Below, in pieces: positions 1-14,910 of a stretch of 64,000 nt of DNA (position 1 is the stretch's first letter; each line of letters starts with the position of its first letter). The notes beneath the pieces are model-generated. The model had not been told where the DNA came from. It made no database searches and saw only the letters and a program-made list of their open reading frames with translations. This DNA is from the human T2T-CHM13v2.0 reference genome, Homo sapiens, in assembly GCF_009914755.1 (NCBI RefSeq), contig NC_060945.1; one strand, written 5' to 3'. The position numbers were made by a program, and so were the translations under genes.

Positions 1-110
1 TTTCTTAGCTTCTTGGAAAAAGGAGAAGTATATGTCTGGGCCCCATGAAACAGGTGGATTAAGAATTGAAAGGGTACAAGACATGAATTTTGATGGAGTT
101 AGTGGAAATT

Positions 111-178
111 CTTTACCCTTTTTTCTTTTCTTTCTCCTCTCCTCTCCTCTCCTCTTCTTTTCTTTTCTTTCTTTTCCT
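111..178. repeat. Polypyrimidine tract with (CTCCT)n and (CTTTT)n
   Basis: Direct reading. Confidence 0.8.
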
Positions 179-316
179 GAAGCAAACTGATTGCCAGCAA
201 GGCTGGTGGCTGGTAGTGAAATAGAAAAAAATGACCTGAGACCATGTAAGTGTAGTTATACCGGAGCCATAGAGCTCACTGCTTTCAAGAACATGGCCTA
301 AGTAATTTGAAGCCAT

Positions 317-570
317 GGCCGGGCGCGGTGGCTCACGCCTGTAATCCCAGCACTTTGGGAGGCCGAGGCAGGGGGATCACAAGGTCAGGAGTTCAAGACC
401 AGCCTGACCAACATGGTGAAACCATGTCTCTACTTAAAAAAAAATACAAAAATTGGCCAGGCTTGGTGGTGCACACCTGTAATCCCAGCTACTCAAGAGG
501 CTGAGGCAGGAGAATCTCTTGAACCAGGGAGGCTGGGCAACAGAGTAAGACTCCGTCTCAAAAAAAAAAA
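317..570 (+). mobile_element. AluS with a ~45-bp deletion in the right arm
   Basis: GGCCGGGCGCGGTGGCTCAC start; gggaggc joins directly to tgggcaacagag; TSD gaagccat/gaagtcat. Confidence 0.93.
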
Positions 571-603
571 GAAGTCATGAGGTCATGAGCATTGGTGGAT
601 CAC

Positions 604-1080
604 TGTACTTGCCCAGCTACCAGCAGGAAACACAATCAAATTAGGAAATCCCAGGAAGGCTTATTTATAAAGGGACTAATTACAAAGGTGTGGGCAGAGT
701 AGAGGGCAGGGGAACCAATAAGGGCTGCACTGGTAGTGGGAGCTAAGAGCTACAGAGCTGTTACTCAATCTAGACCCTAAGAGATCAGGAGGAAGAGCAA
801 TTACTAGAATCTCAAGGAAGGAGAATCATGTAAAAGGTCACCTTGAAAGGACTAGCAACCTTTGATTAAGGGAAGCACCAGCACAAGGTGATCTCACAGG
901 GAAAACAAATACCCTGACCTCACTCCTCAGGGAATGAGGGGACTTTCTGCTCACTGAGCCCAACAGGAACCTCAGGGCACAGAACTGGAATGTAGTAGCT
1001 TATACAGGTGAATATATCTGAGTGAATATCCAGGCTTCACAAGTGGAGAGTAGATTGGAGAGGAGAGTCAGAAACATCTC
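604..1080. mobile_element. Old ERVL-type solo LTR (LTR33/LTR16-like)
   Basis: Blocks such as ttatttataaagggactaattacaaaggtgtgggc and aaataccctgacctcactc resemble the recalled consensus; diverged. Confidence 0.55.
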
Positions 1081-1092
1081 ATTTTGGTATGA

Positions 1093-1320
<228 letters not shown>

Positions 1321-2569
1321 TAGCAGCATTGCTGTATCTTCAGTACACCAGCATGAACCACCTTAGCCCCTGAGTAATCAGATATTTTTTTAAAACATAC
1401 AAATGTGATCCAGACAGTTCATTATTCTCCCTATATCACTATTTCAGTGTAACAGTGTGCTTTTAAACGTCTGTAGTTTGTATTGCTAAAGGAACACTTA
1501 AGACCTCACTTTTTTACATTGTTTGCCTTCTAATTATATTTTTCTAGTAAAATATTTAACCATTACTTCCTGAATCACGGATTCTAAGGTGCAATAAAAA
1601 TCCAAAGGGAAATATATTTGTTTCCTACAGAGACAGTTTTTTTTTTTTCCCAGAGCATTTTCAATGACTGCTGCAGAAACGAATGAGTAAAGGTTTCCGA
1701 AATGAATAGTTGCAGAAAACCAACTTACTGTCATACAGAAGTCCATGCAGCCCCCGGGTAAAAGTACTTATGTATCTCCTTTTGTTGAGTTCTCTATTTT
1801 TTTTTATGAATATGCATATTGGGGGATAAACTTCCATCTGCTCTCTTTTAGCTGATTCTATCACATTTTTGAGCTTTGCATCATTATGGAGCTTCAGAGA
1901 AAGATGATCATTTACATTACATATGGATATAAAGGAGAGAAGGAGTTGATGAATTGCAAACAAGTATAATTTATATGGACAAAGTGTGCCAGAAGTGCTT
2001 TTCACCCCATTTTACTCGGCAACTGGAATGATTCCTGCCCATTCACTTGGCCTAGTGCCCAAGAACTCAGAAAGGAAATGATCCTGTTAGCCTTACACAT
2101 CAGGATTCTACTCCTGCCCTATGAGGAAATGCTGCTTTGCACTCAGGCCCATCAGGGACCCCAGAAGGTCAAAAGAAACCACTGAATATACTAATGTCAT
2201 TTTTTTACTTTCTTCCCTCATGGTTTCTTAACTTATAATTTATGTCACACAGACCTTCTGATACTCTAACTGTTGGTAATTCAAATGTGAGAAGTTTGCA
2301 TGACGAAGATAGGGAAGGAAGAGTTATGAAAAGGTCATATATGTTCCTGGTAGCTTCTCAGCCTCTTTCTGCACTTCGATTTCCCATGGCAGATTATTTG
2401 CCTAAATGCTCTTAAGCTTTATAAATAGGTAAATATCTACATTTAGGCGGCCTTCCTGAGGGCTTCTCTGTTGCCTATAGCACAATGAGTTGTGACTCCA
2501 TAATTTATCAGAGACCAGGGTCCAAGGTGCACTAATAGCAGTAATAACCCCAAAACTTTTATTTTTTCA

Positions 2570-3082
<513 letters not shown>

Positions 3083-5479
3083 TCATTGCTTCTGACAAAC
3101 ACAGTTGTCATAGCTCTGAGACAATTTGTGTCTTAAGAATTTCAAATGCCTGCAAGTCCATGCCTGCATTGTGGCAGCATGTGCACTGCTTCCACTGAAT
3201 GTCCAGACATCAATGAATAAAAATGAAGTAGTGGATATAATAGCAGTAGTTGTTTTTATGCACATACTACATGCGTCGTGCTGTGTGCTTTACACACATT
3301 ATCTCATTTAATTGACAACATTTTGTAGATTAAAAAAAAAAGACTAAGCTTAGAGGATAAATGACCTGCCCAGTCACACAATTCTCAAACCAGATGCTTC
3401 AACTCCATGATCTCCTCCAGTCTCTATGTTTAGGTGAACATTGGGTGTGATCAGAGAAATTCGGCAGTTAAATAGGAGGTAACATAAAAAGAGGGTTGCT
3501 TTTATCTCATTTCCATAGCCAAAAAACCTGGTCAAGTTTAGAAGCTGCTGTTCTTTTACCTACATTTAGTCCCTATTCGTTTTGCTCTCAACCTTTACGT
3601 GATTGTAGCGTGACTTCCCACTTTATGAAAGAGTACTTGAAGTCTGTATGCAAATTATTCAAGTTTTTTGATGGTTGTGGGGAGGATGGAAGTGCGTGCG
3701 TGTGTGAGGTGATGGAGTATCTAAAATTTCTTCCTATTATTTTTCTCAGAACTTCTGCTTGTAACGGAAGTTTCTCAACATGAAATGTCATCAATTTGGC
3801 CTCATTCAGGAAGTTGCAGGGCACTTGACTGTAACCTCAGTAAATTGTACGTTTTCTGAAATCCTGATAATCTTTAGCTGCCTATCATTTTGAAATTTTA
3901 AAAGTTATTTTATTTCTGAACTAACTCCCTTGGCAATTTAATTGATTAAAAGAGAAAAGATTATAATGAAATACTTCAGAATGTAGATATATTCATCTGT
4001 ACATTACAAGGGGAACTCAGAATTTAAATGATCTGATTTTTGTATTCATCAAAAAATTACTATGAGGATTTTATTTATTTATCTGGAATAAAATTCCTCT
4101 AACCATGCATATTGTCACAACATACTTGAATTTACAAAGATACGGAATCTCTGGGATCAGAATAACGGTATATTCTGATCTGTGTATATATGAAAGACTC
4201 AGTGGGTTCCAATGAGAGAAGCTATGCTATGATTCTCATGCGGTTATATAGTTAAAAAGACCTTTGTTGGCATAGTCTTGGACAGCATACATGTTCCAAC
4301 TTTAAATATTGCTGAGTGAATAAATAAACATATGAGACTGGGAAATGTCGTCAGGGTTCAACCTAGAAACACAAAGCCAGTATCATGATCTTGTAATTAT
4401 TATAATGTTAATCCTTTAGCCATCTTAAAAGGCTTGGACTCATGTCTCTCACTCAGCCAAAAGCAGCAGAAGGTCCAAGTTCCTCAGCTACCTCCCAACC
4501 TTGGATGAGCCGTTTCTTATCTTTCCGCTGCTCTTTATTCAGCTTTCCATGGCCAAGAGAAAAACCTGTCTTCCTTCTGTTGATGTTCCCTGCCCCACGT
4601 TGAGGGAGCTGAGGCGAGAGCTGCAGAGGATCCGTAAGGAGCTGTGGGTAAGGTGAGGACAGCAGCCCTCCCTTAATGTGGAGTATACGTCCGCTATTCT
4701 TGTGTCCTTTTTAGTGCGGAACTCCGTGATGAGGCCTTCCTCCTGACCACTTGAGCCTCATGGTGTCTCCTCTTTTTAGGAATCCAATCTCTCTTCCTGT
4801 GCTTCAATCTCCTCAAGGGCTCTGCAGCACTTCCCCTCAAAAGCATTTCCCTAAATCCTTGACTGGGTACCAGACCTTCATTTTTAAGTGATTGAAGTTG
4901 TGGCTGAGTATGCGTCATGGGCGATTGCCACCGTTTTAAAGTCAAGTAGTTTGTTAGTTGCTCCCCAACTTACAATTTCCTGGCATCTCCATAAAGAAGC
5001 TATCCTGTCTTGATCTCCCTGAGGCAGCAGGTGATTAAAGTTTTAAAATCATGGTTAGTGACTGCTGTGTTTAAGGAGGCCCCAGAATAATCGATTTGGA
5101 GTGGTAGCTGTAGCAAGAGTGGGGTCATGATGGAGGCAGCACCTTGGAAAACTGAAATGAAACACCATTTCATGCTGTGAAGGGGGAAGAATAGAGGTAG
5201 ACATGTGCTTTAGCCTCACCTGGGCACTGCATATGCGGTTAAATCTCAGGGGTCTGGAAAAATATGCCGGACGTTAGCAGTGTAATGTTGTCCTCCAGCA
5301 TTTGAAATAACACTTTGTGTTTCCTGTTTTTTCCTAAGGTATTACGTTTTATTGGTTAAAAAAAAAATAGGTCACTTTGGAAGGTACTTACCTACAGTAC
5401 CTATATAAATTGAATGGATCAATTTAAATAGGAAGATGGAATCTGTTATATAGGAATAATCATCATATTCAATGCCCTC

Positions 5480-6470
5480 TAGCAAATATTTCCTAAGTGC
5501 CCACTGTGTGCCAGGTATTATGTTAGGCACCAGAGATTAAAAAGGCTAAACAAAATAATCTCTGTCACAAGGAGGTCACAGTCTTACGGAAGGGCAATTG
5601 TCATACAAATATATAAAGCATAATATGACAAGTGCTATGAACCACAATTTACAAGTTGCTATGGAAACACAAAGAAGAGAGCACCAAAGGGAATCATGGA
5701 AGGCTTCACAGAGTAAGTGACCTTTAGGATGGAGGAAAGAGGGAGACTTCCTAATGTGGAAAATAGCAGGAGACACTCCAGGAAAATAAATAGCATATGG
5801 AAAGTCACAAAGGGAAGAAAATTGCAAGTATATTGTTATGGCTGGAGTGTAGATTGAGAGGTGTGTGTGTATGGTGGTGGTGGTGAGGGGGTAGTTACAA
5901 TTCATAAGGTAGGTAAAAAGCAATTGGGGAAGACCTTATGCAGCCTGGAAGGAAGTTTGGATATTATACTAAAGACAATGAGAAGCCCTCCAAAACTTTC
6001 AAGCAGAAAAGTACCTGATTTGATTCATGGATTAGAAAGATTTATCTGGAGGCTGTGTGGAGGATGGATGAGAAGGTAGGGGGTCAGTTGGAAAGCTACT
6101 GCCATTTTCCGTGCATGAGATCATGAGGATCCAAAGCAAGACAACAACCATGGAAATGGATAGAAGGCCATGAATATGAAAGCATTTGTAGAGGTAGGAT
6201 CCATAGGGCTTGATTACTTATTGAATTTGTATGAGGAGGATATATGTGAGATGAAGCAAGAAGTGATTTTCTGCTTTGATGACTGGCTGGGTGATAGTAG
6301 CAGTAAAGAGGAGTTGGCAATAAAAAAGCAGAAACAAATTTGTAGAGAAAATCGATGGTTTGGTTATGTTGAATTGAAGTTTCCTGAGGGTATCAAGTGA
6401 GTCAGATAAACATCACTGGGGTTCAGGGGACAGATGAGTTTGAGGAGGTTGAGATTATTGCTATGGGATG
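5480..6470 (-). mobile_element. L2 fragment
   Basis: caaatatttcctaagtgcccactgtgtgccagg (reverse L2 3' end) followed by a typical purine-rich L2 body. Confidence 0.65.
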
Positions 6471-6564
6471 CACTTATATTACAAAAAGTGAGGGGTGTCT
6501 GGGAGGAGATATTTTCTCTAAAGTCCAATATTAAAACCCTTAAGTAACATTACTCTGGAAAATG

Positions 6565-7246
6565 CAATATGCAAATAGTTCTTTTTATTATTAACATTAG
6601 GGTATGTCAAATTTTAAAATATTTACACTTAAAGACAAAACATTTCCACAATTATTACAATTGGTTTCACTAAATCAGAAGTGACTACACATTATCTCTA
6701 CTTTTATACCAGAAAACAAAATGAAGAAATCAACAAAATATAATTACTAAAACTCCACTGTGGATCAGGATAAAATGTGTCCAATATTAACTCACACTTT
6801 CCCAATAAGTATAAAAATGAATATAACATTGCTTGGACAACTTGTTTCAACAGCGAATCCTCTATTACTATTTGTTCAATAACATATATAAATTCAAAAC
6901 TGGCAGGTATGAAAAAAGGTTACTTTGTTTTTTGCAGATACTGTACTTGTAAAATAAAGCCAAATAAAGCATATGTCACACATACCAAAGTCTTACATTT
7001 TGCCTTTCTAATACAAGCAAGTGAAATATTAACACATAGCATTTAAAATAATAAATATATATTTTATTGACAGTAATTTGGAATGTTAGAGATACAAAAT
7101 TTTATGTACAATTATTCAGATTAAAACATTTAAACTTTAGGTTTTATTTACAAATATTTATCTTATCTTCCTCTCCTATTTGACGTTTTAGCTCAAGAAG
7201 AGTTAAAATGGAATGCATCTGTAGATATATAGTTGGGAATGCGTGT
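6565..7246 (-). other. SAMSN1: SAMSN1 3' UTR (AU-rich; 3' end approximate)
   Basis: AT-rich, repeat-free sequence after the stop codon, with minus-strand AATAAA at 7143-7148, 7063-7068 and 6584-6589. Confidence 0.75.
6584..6589 (-). terminator. Probable distal polyadenylation signal (AATAAA) of SAMSN1
   Basis: tttatt on the + strand; last AATAAA before the downstream L2; UGUA motif about 35 nt upstream. Confidence 0.65.
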
Positions 7247-7449
7247 TCAGTCACTTGGCTCTGTGATAATAATCTTATGTACCATGTCAGACAGATTTTC
7301 AGACTCCAGATCCTCTTTGCCATTATCTGAATTTCCTGATGAGATATAGCAACCAGAGTCCCTTGGGCAGTCATCTAACTGTGACTTATTTAAGGAGATG
7401 TCTGAGCTCAAGGATAGGGGCTCAGGTTCATTTTCTTGCTCTTGAATAA
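7247..7449 (-). CDS. SAMSN1: SAMSN1 last coding exon (203 nt): (I)IQEQENEPEPLSLSSD...CPRDSGCYISS...HKIIITEPSD*
   Basis: Acceptor ttttccatttacag|TT; phase matches exon 7; SLy-family PRDSGCY motif; TGA at 7249-7247. Confidence 0.96.
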
Positions 7450-10400
7450 CTGTAAATGGAAAAAAAGGGCAGGAGTTAGGTAAAGCAACACAAAATCTTA
7501 TTCATGTACTCATTCACTTTCAAGTATTATCCTATTTTAACTGTTCTAACCATGACTTCATTACAATGGAAAGTTCTGCAAGTAAAAGGTATCTTTGTTT
7601 ATTACAAAAGAGATATTTGCACCCAAATATTCAAGCTACTGTTTTATTAGAAGCCAAAATTTGCCCTTCATTGTTCATTTGCAGTTTCATGGAATTCATG
7701 TGAACTTCCCGCATCAGCAAAGATCAATATGGACTCTCATTTTACATTAATAATAAGTTGCCAGAGAAAGCAGATTGTATCCACAGTGTGACTGATGCCT
7801 TGTCCAAATACTCCTTAAAGTATCATTAGAAAAAGGCATTTATAGTTTAAATGCACAATCCAAGTCAATAGTGATCTTTGTGAACAATTTTAGATTCATG
7901 ATAATCTAGATTAATTAATAAATTATCACTATAAGTAAGAATGTACAGTAGGACTTCAATTATTTGGAAGTTAACTAATAAAACTTTAAATATCCAGAAT
8001 TTTCCTATGTTTGCATGTATCACAAAATAGGCATAAGAAACCAGGTTGCTTTTAGAAAGTAAAACACCAAAATTTCCACTGAATCTACTTTATGAATATT
8101 TACTCTTCCATATCTTTGTCTGTAGTCCTGAAGAATAATCATTTATTTTCAGATTGATAATTCTGCATTCTTAAAGCAGTGTTCTATATTCAACAGGCAT
8201 TATCTTTTAGAAAAAGATTACTATTAGGGATATAACAAAATATATTTTGGAAGAACCCCTAAGCAGCCTGAAGTTCACATATTACTCTTCTCGATTCCTT
8301 TAGCGTCAACTTTCTCTCTGTCCATGTGGTTTCTTGATGGGTGTTTCTGCATCCTGAGCTGAGCTCCTCAGAGAAGAAATAGATCTCAGGTACTGCCTCT
8401 TAGCTGCAGTACCATATCTTCCTCTTTCCCCTTCTAACCTTGGGGCTTCACCACTGTAGGCATTTGAATAGCTCCACGTTGAAAGAGCCAAACACACATT
8501 TAAGGTTGGGACAAGAACTCTGCCTACAGAGGCTTTGCACTTCATCCCATTCCAGTGAGAATAAAGTAAATCCAAACCTCAGAATCCTTCAAAGAAGGAA
8601 AATGTATAATTTTCTTCAATAGGCTATTATAATGCTAATTAATTTATATCTAGGAAATCTACTCTTTATCTTATTTATTTTTTATATATATATATCTATC
8701 TTCTTTAAAATGCATTTTCTAGTTTCCATATGTTTTGCTAACATTAGTTTATGATCCACTGTGTGTCCAATTGCCATCAACTTCCATTATAAATGAGAAT
8801 TGTGCTGTAAGTTACCCTTGTGTTAATGAATTAACTTCTCTTTAATGTTTATAGAATGGTACTAGTTAAGCATCATCCATGGGAGAAATTGAAAAGTGTT
8901 ACTTAAAATATCTCCTAAATTCTGTAGTTTAGAAGAAAAATACTGGTTGAGAAAGGCTGGAAGAAAATGATAAAAATTGCTTCTTAGTCTGCTCATCTTC
9001 AGAATGAGTCATAACAGTTCTTTTAACCTTTTCCTTAAGGCTTGTATTTGCAACAGTGAAACCATATTTATGCCATTCTTCTGAATCTTCACATTTGCCC
9101 CACAATTTTAACTATAGATTCAAATATCAGGTATTTGCCTAGTGATATTATAACTAGTTCTAGATATAAGATGACAATTTTAATAGGCACCTATTGTGAT
9201 TGTTATTTTTAAATTTTAGCTACCATGGAAGCATTTTGTGTGCATTATTCATGACAATCTTTAAGTTTGGGAGGGTTTACTTATTATTCACTAGTCTTTC
9301 TGAGTATCAGTCATTCACTCTTCTTTCTAAGCCCTTTTTTTTAATGAAAAGGCAGCACTAAAATGGGACCTCATTCTCTGAAGAATTGCTTTCTATCCTG
9401 CCTTGGCTTTTCTATCTTATTGCCACTGAAATGAAATGAGCCAGCTCTGTGTTCCATTATCCAAGTGTTTCTAGAAAAGGCCAGAGGAATTAGTGCTTTT
9501 GTATGCATTCTGCCACATCAGCAATGATCATCCTATTTGGAGTGTGAACCTCTTAGTCATAATGATTGTGGGGATAAGGCCACATTTCCCCAGATTATGT
9601 TTGGGCCAATATTACCTCAATGCAAAATTAAAAGAACTGATCTACTTCCCTTCACATTGATATCCTAAACAAGACTTGGCATAATAAAAACTGTTTGTTC
9701 CCAACACTCTGTTCTATTTAGGTTGATTACCAATTGTGGGGCTCTCTTCAGGATATGAAGCAGAGTCTTTAAGAACTGTAATTTCCAAAATTAGTTCTTT
9801 TCCTTTAAAAAAATAAATATTTAGCTTGTTATTTCACTCTCAGAAGCCTCTGTGCATTCACCTCAATGGGGAATAAAGTAAATAAATTAAAAACTGTCTT
9901 TACTAGAGAATATGTCATTGTGTAATATTAGTAACAAAAATGTATTTGTTTTTATTTCCACATGAGAAATGCTATATCATGTTCTCTAAATTCTAGGAAT
10001 GGTTTTGTTTTAAACACAGGTCATTTATTGTAGAAACCTTTCATCTGCAATTTTTATGGAAAAAGAAAATAGTTTCTGAGTATGAAAGTTATGCAGCACG
10101 GTAATTTACAGAACAGCAGTAATTTGCTAAATGATTTCCTCGTGAAATGAAAACACGACTGTGCTCCTCAAATGCTTCCTACCAGGCTTGCAATAATTTC
10201 AGGCAGGTGATCAGCTGGAACTCTCAACTGTAACTATAAAAAGGCAGGTCATTATGTTATATTACGGAGATGAAAGCTATATCGCATTCACTTTTGTATT
10301 TGGAGGATCAAGATTTTCCTCTTCTTGTTTCTTTTCATCCTGACACTAATGACAGGGATTGGCACAAACCTAGGTCTTGTGTTATGGGTGTTTCTTTCCT

Positions 10401-12489
10401 GCAGAGGAGATGAATTCACATTAATGCATCCACATTTTCTTTCTAAGTCATTTAGTCCCTTCATGTGGCCATGAAACAGAGTAAAGCTAACTGGCCTACC
10501 CAGAAATTGAAACCATAACCTTCATCAGTTTTGTCCCATGGTTCAATCATCTGGGCTAACCAGGCAAGTAACACATTGGAATAAGAAACAGGTTTGCCTA
10601 CAAAATTATGGACTTCCCATAGGATGTTTCAGTGCATCTTTTTATACTAAAACGTTTCTGATAATACGCTAGGTTTAAAAAAGTATACATAATTCATGTA
10701 TTCTATTATTACAATTATATGAAAACACACATACGCATATAACTTACAAACAAAAGTGTTCAAATTTGTTAATTTTCCCTCTATTTCTCAGGTCATCCAC
10801 ATTGTTTTTAATGAAAGAATTAAAACGGTATAATTTTTCAATAAAGCCCCCAAATGGTTTGTAAATATCTTAAAGGACATACGTATCTAAATTAGAATAC
10901 ACTGAAGAATTATTAAATAATTTGAATAAGGGTCTTTCTTATTGCTGCCAGCTGACAGCAGGCATACTAGGAACTCCAGAAAGCTGTATAATTCTGTACT
11001 CTATATAATAAAAATAGAATAACATTTAAAAATTACTTAGGAAATATTTTATCATGAAGAGCTAATTTGCATATTAAAATAATTTATTTCCTACCAAAAT
11101 TGTTACAGAATTGTATAAAGCCCATGTAAAAACATTTTAAGATAGTTATCAATGTTGAAAGAAAAGGGTGGCATCGTGATGAAAACAGAAGACGTCTAAT
11201 ATAATTATTCACAAAATAATTATATTGGAATTTTGACATTTAATTAATTAAGAAAGGCAATCTCAATTATACTAAAAGTGAAGATAGTTTTAAGGAAATA
11301 AAACTGGATCCTTATTCTGGGAAAAAGTTCTACTCTAAGAAGAGAAATCTGCCCCACCTTTACATATTAAAAAATTAAAGATTCAAAAAAATGAAAACTA
11401 ATTTTTGCTTGACTTTCCCAGATTTCTTTGCCCAAATCATCCAGATTTTGTCTTTACCATCTTGCTTGCCTTAGCTTTCTTTGGGTGAAGTACTGTAAAA
11501 TAATACAACCTTAAAGGCATAGGAAAATTCCTGGCTAAAGGAATCTCTCAATAAATAATTTTTTAATAAACACAATGATATTTAGATGAATTAAAGGACA
11601 TTGGAACTAAAGGAGAGCAAAAAAGGAATTTTGTTAAAATTCATATGAGAATACCTCTCAGCTCCATCAATCATCCTCCTGTTTTTCTCTATCCTGGGGC
11701 CATCTCCAAAGTGGCAAAACCCAGGGATACACATCTTAGGATGACTCAAAACCTCAGTCTCAAGTTTTAACCTCACTGGAGTCACTCAAATGAAAACCCA
11801 GCCACTGTTCAGGTAACTATGGCTATATTTATTTGTCCAGAGGCAGCGTTATCCAGGGAGGAAATTTTAGTGGACAACATGGCATGTCTCTCAGTTATTT
11901 TTTATTTCATCTAAAGCCCATTCTTAAGTTACCTGAACACTTTAATTCTCCTAATAACAGTGAATATTTGGTGTTCATTTCACTTGAATACTAACCCACC
12001 TTTTGGAAACACAACAACAAATTAAGAATAGGATTCCATTCATAGGAAAATAACTGGTGGCTTCTGTTCCCCTGAGGCCATGAGAAGATATGGAGTTGAA
12101 ATGACTTCCCCTCCTCTTGCATATCTCTTTTTGGAGCCTAGCTTCTAACGAGATGTGTACCTGGAAATAAACCTTTTCGCTTTCAGCTAGGGCAATCTCC
12201 ACTTCCACTGTGCTAGGAACTTCAGCAGAGGCAGAGGCATACTCACTCAAGATCACGATAACTCAGCACCTACCTGGGCAATCTCATTAGACTGCTACTC
12301 TCCCCAACCATACACCATATGGAGGGCTTTGGTCCCAGGAAATATTTACCCTCCTCAGTTAAAGTTGTCATATTGTACTGACTATTTTGGTAATGACCAA
12401 ATAACGTTTAAAACTGTCACACATTATTTAATTAGGGGCCTTGGAAAGTCAAGTTCATATTTCTTATAGGTTAATTAAACCCATTTACA

Positions 12490-13170
12490 TGATGAAGGAG
12501 TTAAGAACACATTACCCCAAAATATGCTGCTCTGGCATATTGACTATTTTGAGTTGAAGGCACTTGAAGAGAGCAGGTGCAAGAATATCACTCTGGCTTT
12601 CCCTTTTTTTTTTTTTAAGAGAGAGAGAAATAGGGTCTGGCTAGGTTGCCCAGGCTCGTCTTGAACTCTTGGACTCAAGCAATCCTCCTGCCTCAGCCTC
12701 CCAGAGTGGTGGGATTACAGGCATAAGCCACCATGCCTAGTCTGACTTTCCTTCTGCTTCTTAAAAGCAGATGACATTTCCATGTGAAAGCTACCTTCCC
12801 TCTACCAGAAGAAAAGTATCATTCTTATCATCAAGGACAGGAAGTTGAGGCAGAGGGAAATCTGTACAAACAAGCCATGTTAAACAAACCCTTATCTATC
12901 TAACCACTTCACCCAATTAGCTAGCCTATTTCAAGCTTCTGTGACTTGTCACATTTTCACAACTTATTATTCTTTGTCTAATTCAGTATACAAGTGTTCA
13001 ACTCTAACTGCATCTTTGGGTCTTCATTTCCCATGAAGCCTCCCTTGTCACATGAATTTTGTGTTAAATAAATTTGTGTGATTTTCTCCTGTTGGTCTGT
13101 CCTATGTCAATTTAATTTTCAGCTGTTTTTAAAAGCCTAAGAGGGTAGAGATAAAATTTTGCCTTCCCTA
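12490..13170 (+). mobile_element. ERV1 solo LTR (MER34/MER39-group-like), interrupted by an Alu monomer
   Basis: tgatgaaggagttaagaacacattaccccaaaatatgc start; ...gagggtagagataaaattttgccttcccta end. Confidence 0.6.
12604..12742 (-). mobile_element. FLAM/AluJ monomer nested in the LTR
   Basis: T tail, single arm, TSD tctggctttcc/tctgactttcc. Confidence 0.85.
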
Positions 13171-13299
13171 TATAGATATGATAAAAAACTAATCTAATTT
13201 CATTATGTCTAAAACTATTACTTTTGACAAAAATAGGAATACTGTGCATATTAGTGATCTACAATTTGCTTTCACATTTAACATATTTTTAAAAAACTT

Positions 13300-13600
13300 T
13301 AATATCAGTAAACAGCACGCTATATCATTTTTTTTAACATAACACCTTCAAAACTACTTTATTGTTTGGGTATATCTTAATTTATTTAACAGGTTAATTA
13401 TTGATGGAAGTCCCTATTGTTTTTAGTTTTTACCCAAAACTACTAGATTTTTAGTTAGTATTTTTGTGCATTCGTATCTTGAATTTTGTAGGACAAATAC
13501 TTAGAACTGGAATTTCTGGATACAAAAGTGTGCATATTTTAAACTTTGATTGTGTTTCACGTTATTGCCCTCCAAAAATGTACTTATTTACACTCTTGCA
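13300..13600 (-). mobile_element. Ancient L1M(E) fragment
   Basis: gtaggacaaatacttagaactggaatttctgga...ttgccctccaaaaatgtac resembles the reverse L1M 3' region. Confidence 0.5.
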
Positions 13601-14909
13601 CACATGCATGGTTAGCATATTCATAAACTAATCTTGACAACATACTCGAATACCGATCTGCTTATTACAAATACTTGTATGTGTGAGGTGGGATTGCAGG
13701 CAACTTTATTTTTATAATAATAGAATACTGACTTACTATTTGGGGATCTTTTGACCTCCTCATTCATCATTTACTCATTTTATGTTAACCATCCACTAAT
13801 GCAAAGCACAGGACTAGGGGCTTTGGGAAAGCATGTGGTAATAGAAGATTCGGTCTTGTTTGGCCAGGGTAATCATTACAAAGCTATGTGTTGTATACAA
13901 TCCCAGTGCAATATAAACACAGGTACAGGAGTGCTCTATATATACGGCCATTAGAGAGGTCCTTATGTGACTAAAGTGAAAAATCTGTGAACACTTTTCA
14001 CTGGAAATTTTCTGGTAGAAAAGTGAGAATCCTTATACTTTATTTTATAGTTTTTTGTATGATATAGAATATGGCATCCATCATAAATGAAAGTTTGGAG
14101 GTAAAATTAAAAAGAAATCTGAAGAAATTAAATTGCATGAGGGCAAACAACTATGACTATAGATATTAAATACATACAAGTAAAATGCCTGCATGCTTTC
14201 TCTACTTTGTGTGGACAGGTAGCATAGCTTTTCTTTAAAGCTGTAGATTTCTTGAATCTAGATGCAAATCATATGGCAAGTGGGTTGGAAACTCCAGGTA
14301 CACATGTCAGGGGCTAGGCCCAGGCTATGCTGGCACACTGTTAGGCCAACTGCTGGACTGCTGCTTGGCATAAATACAAATCTCCCCTGCTGACAGCTCG
14401 TGTTCTAGGCTCCTGGCTGCGGCCCGCCATTTGCCCTGCATCGACTTGGGCAGGCAGGCAGGCAGGCAGGAAGGCACAACTGGGGATGCTTGAGCAATGA
14501 GGGGCTGCTGTGACCACAGCTGGTATCAACATTCTGGCACACAACCCACCCTTTCCCCTTCCTCCTCATTTGGCACTGCAACCAGAGTTTGCAGGTACCT
14601 CAAATGCATTGTATACAGATTCTGTAAAGTTTGCTTATTCTGTTACTTTGTTTTCAATTTTAAATTTAATTATCCCTGTAATCTAGAGCAAACAAGGTAT
14701 TTCCATCACCCATTTTCCCCAAGGACAATAGTACACATTCTCATAGACACAATTTTAAGACACATTGGAGTGCTTCTGAATGTGAAAAATGAGGAACAAG
14801 TGCAGAATAAAGACAAGATGTTTACTATAAACAACAGTAAACCAGCTTATTATTCTAAAGAGGACTTCAGAGTAAGGCAAAGGGGCCTTGAAGATTGTGT
14901 TTATGGAAC

Positions 14910-14910
<1 letters not shown>

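Noticed and set aside
4585-4620. Possible CTCF site downstream of the gene
   Set aside because: Poor match to the 5' half of the core motif.
7144-7374. 76-aa ORF overlapping the last exon
   Set aside because: Alternative frame of SAMSN1 exon 8; the real frame is fixed by splice phase.
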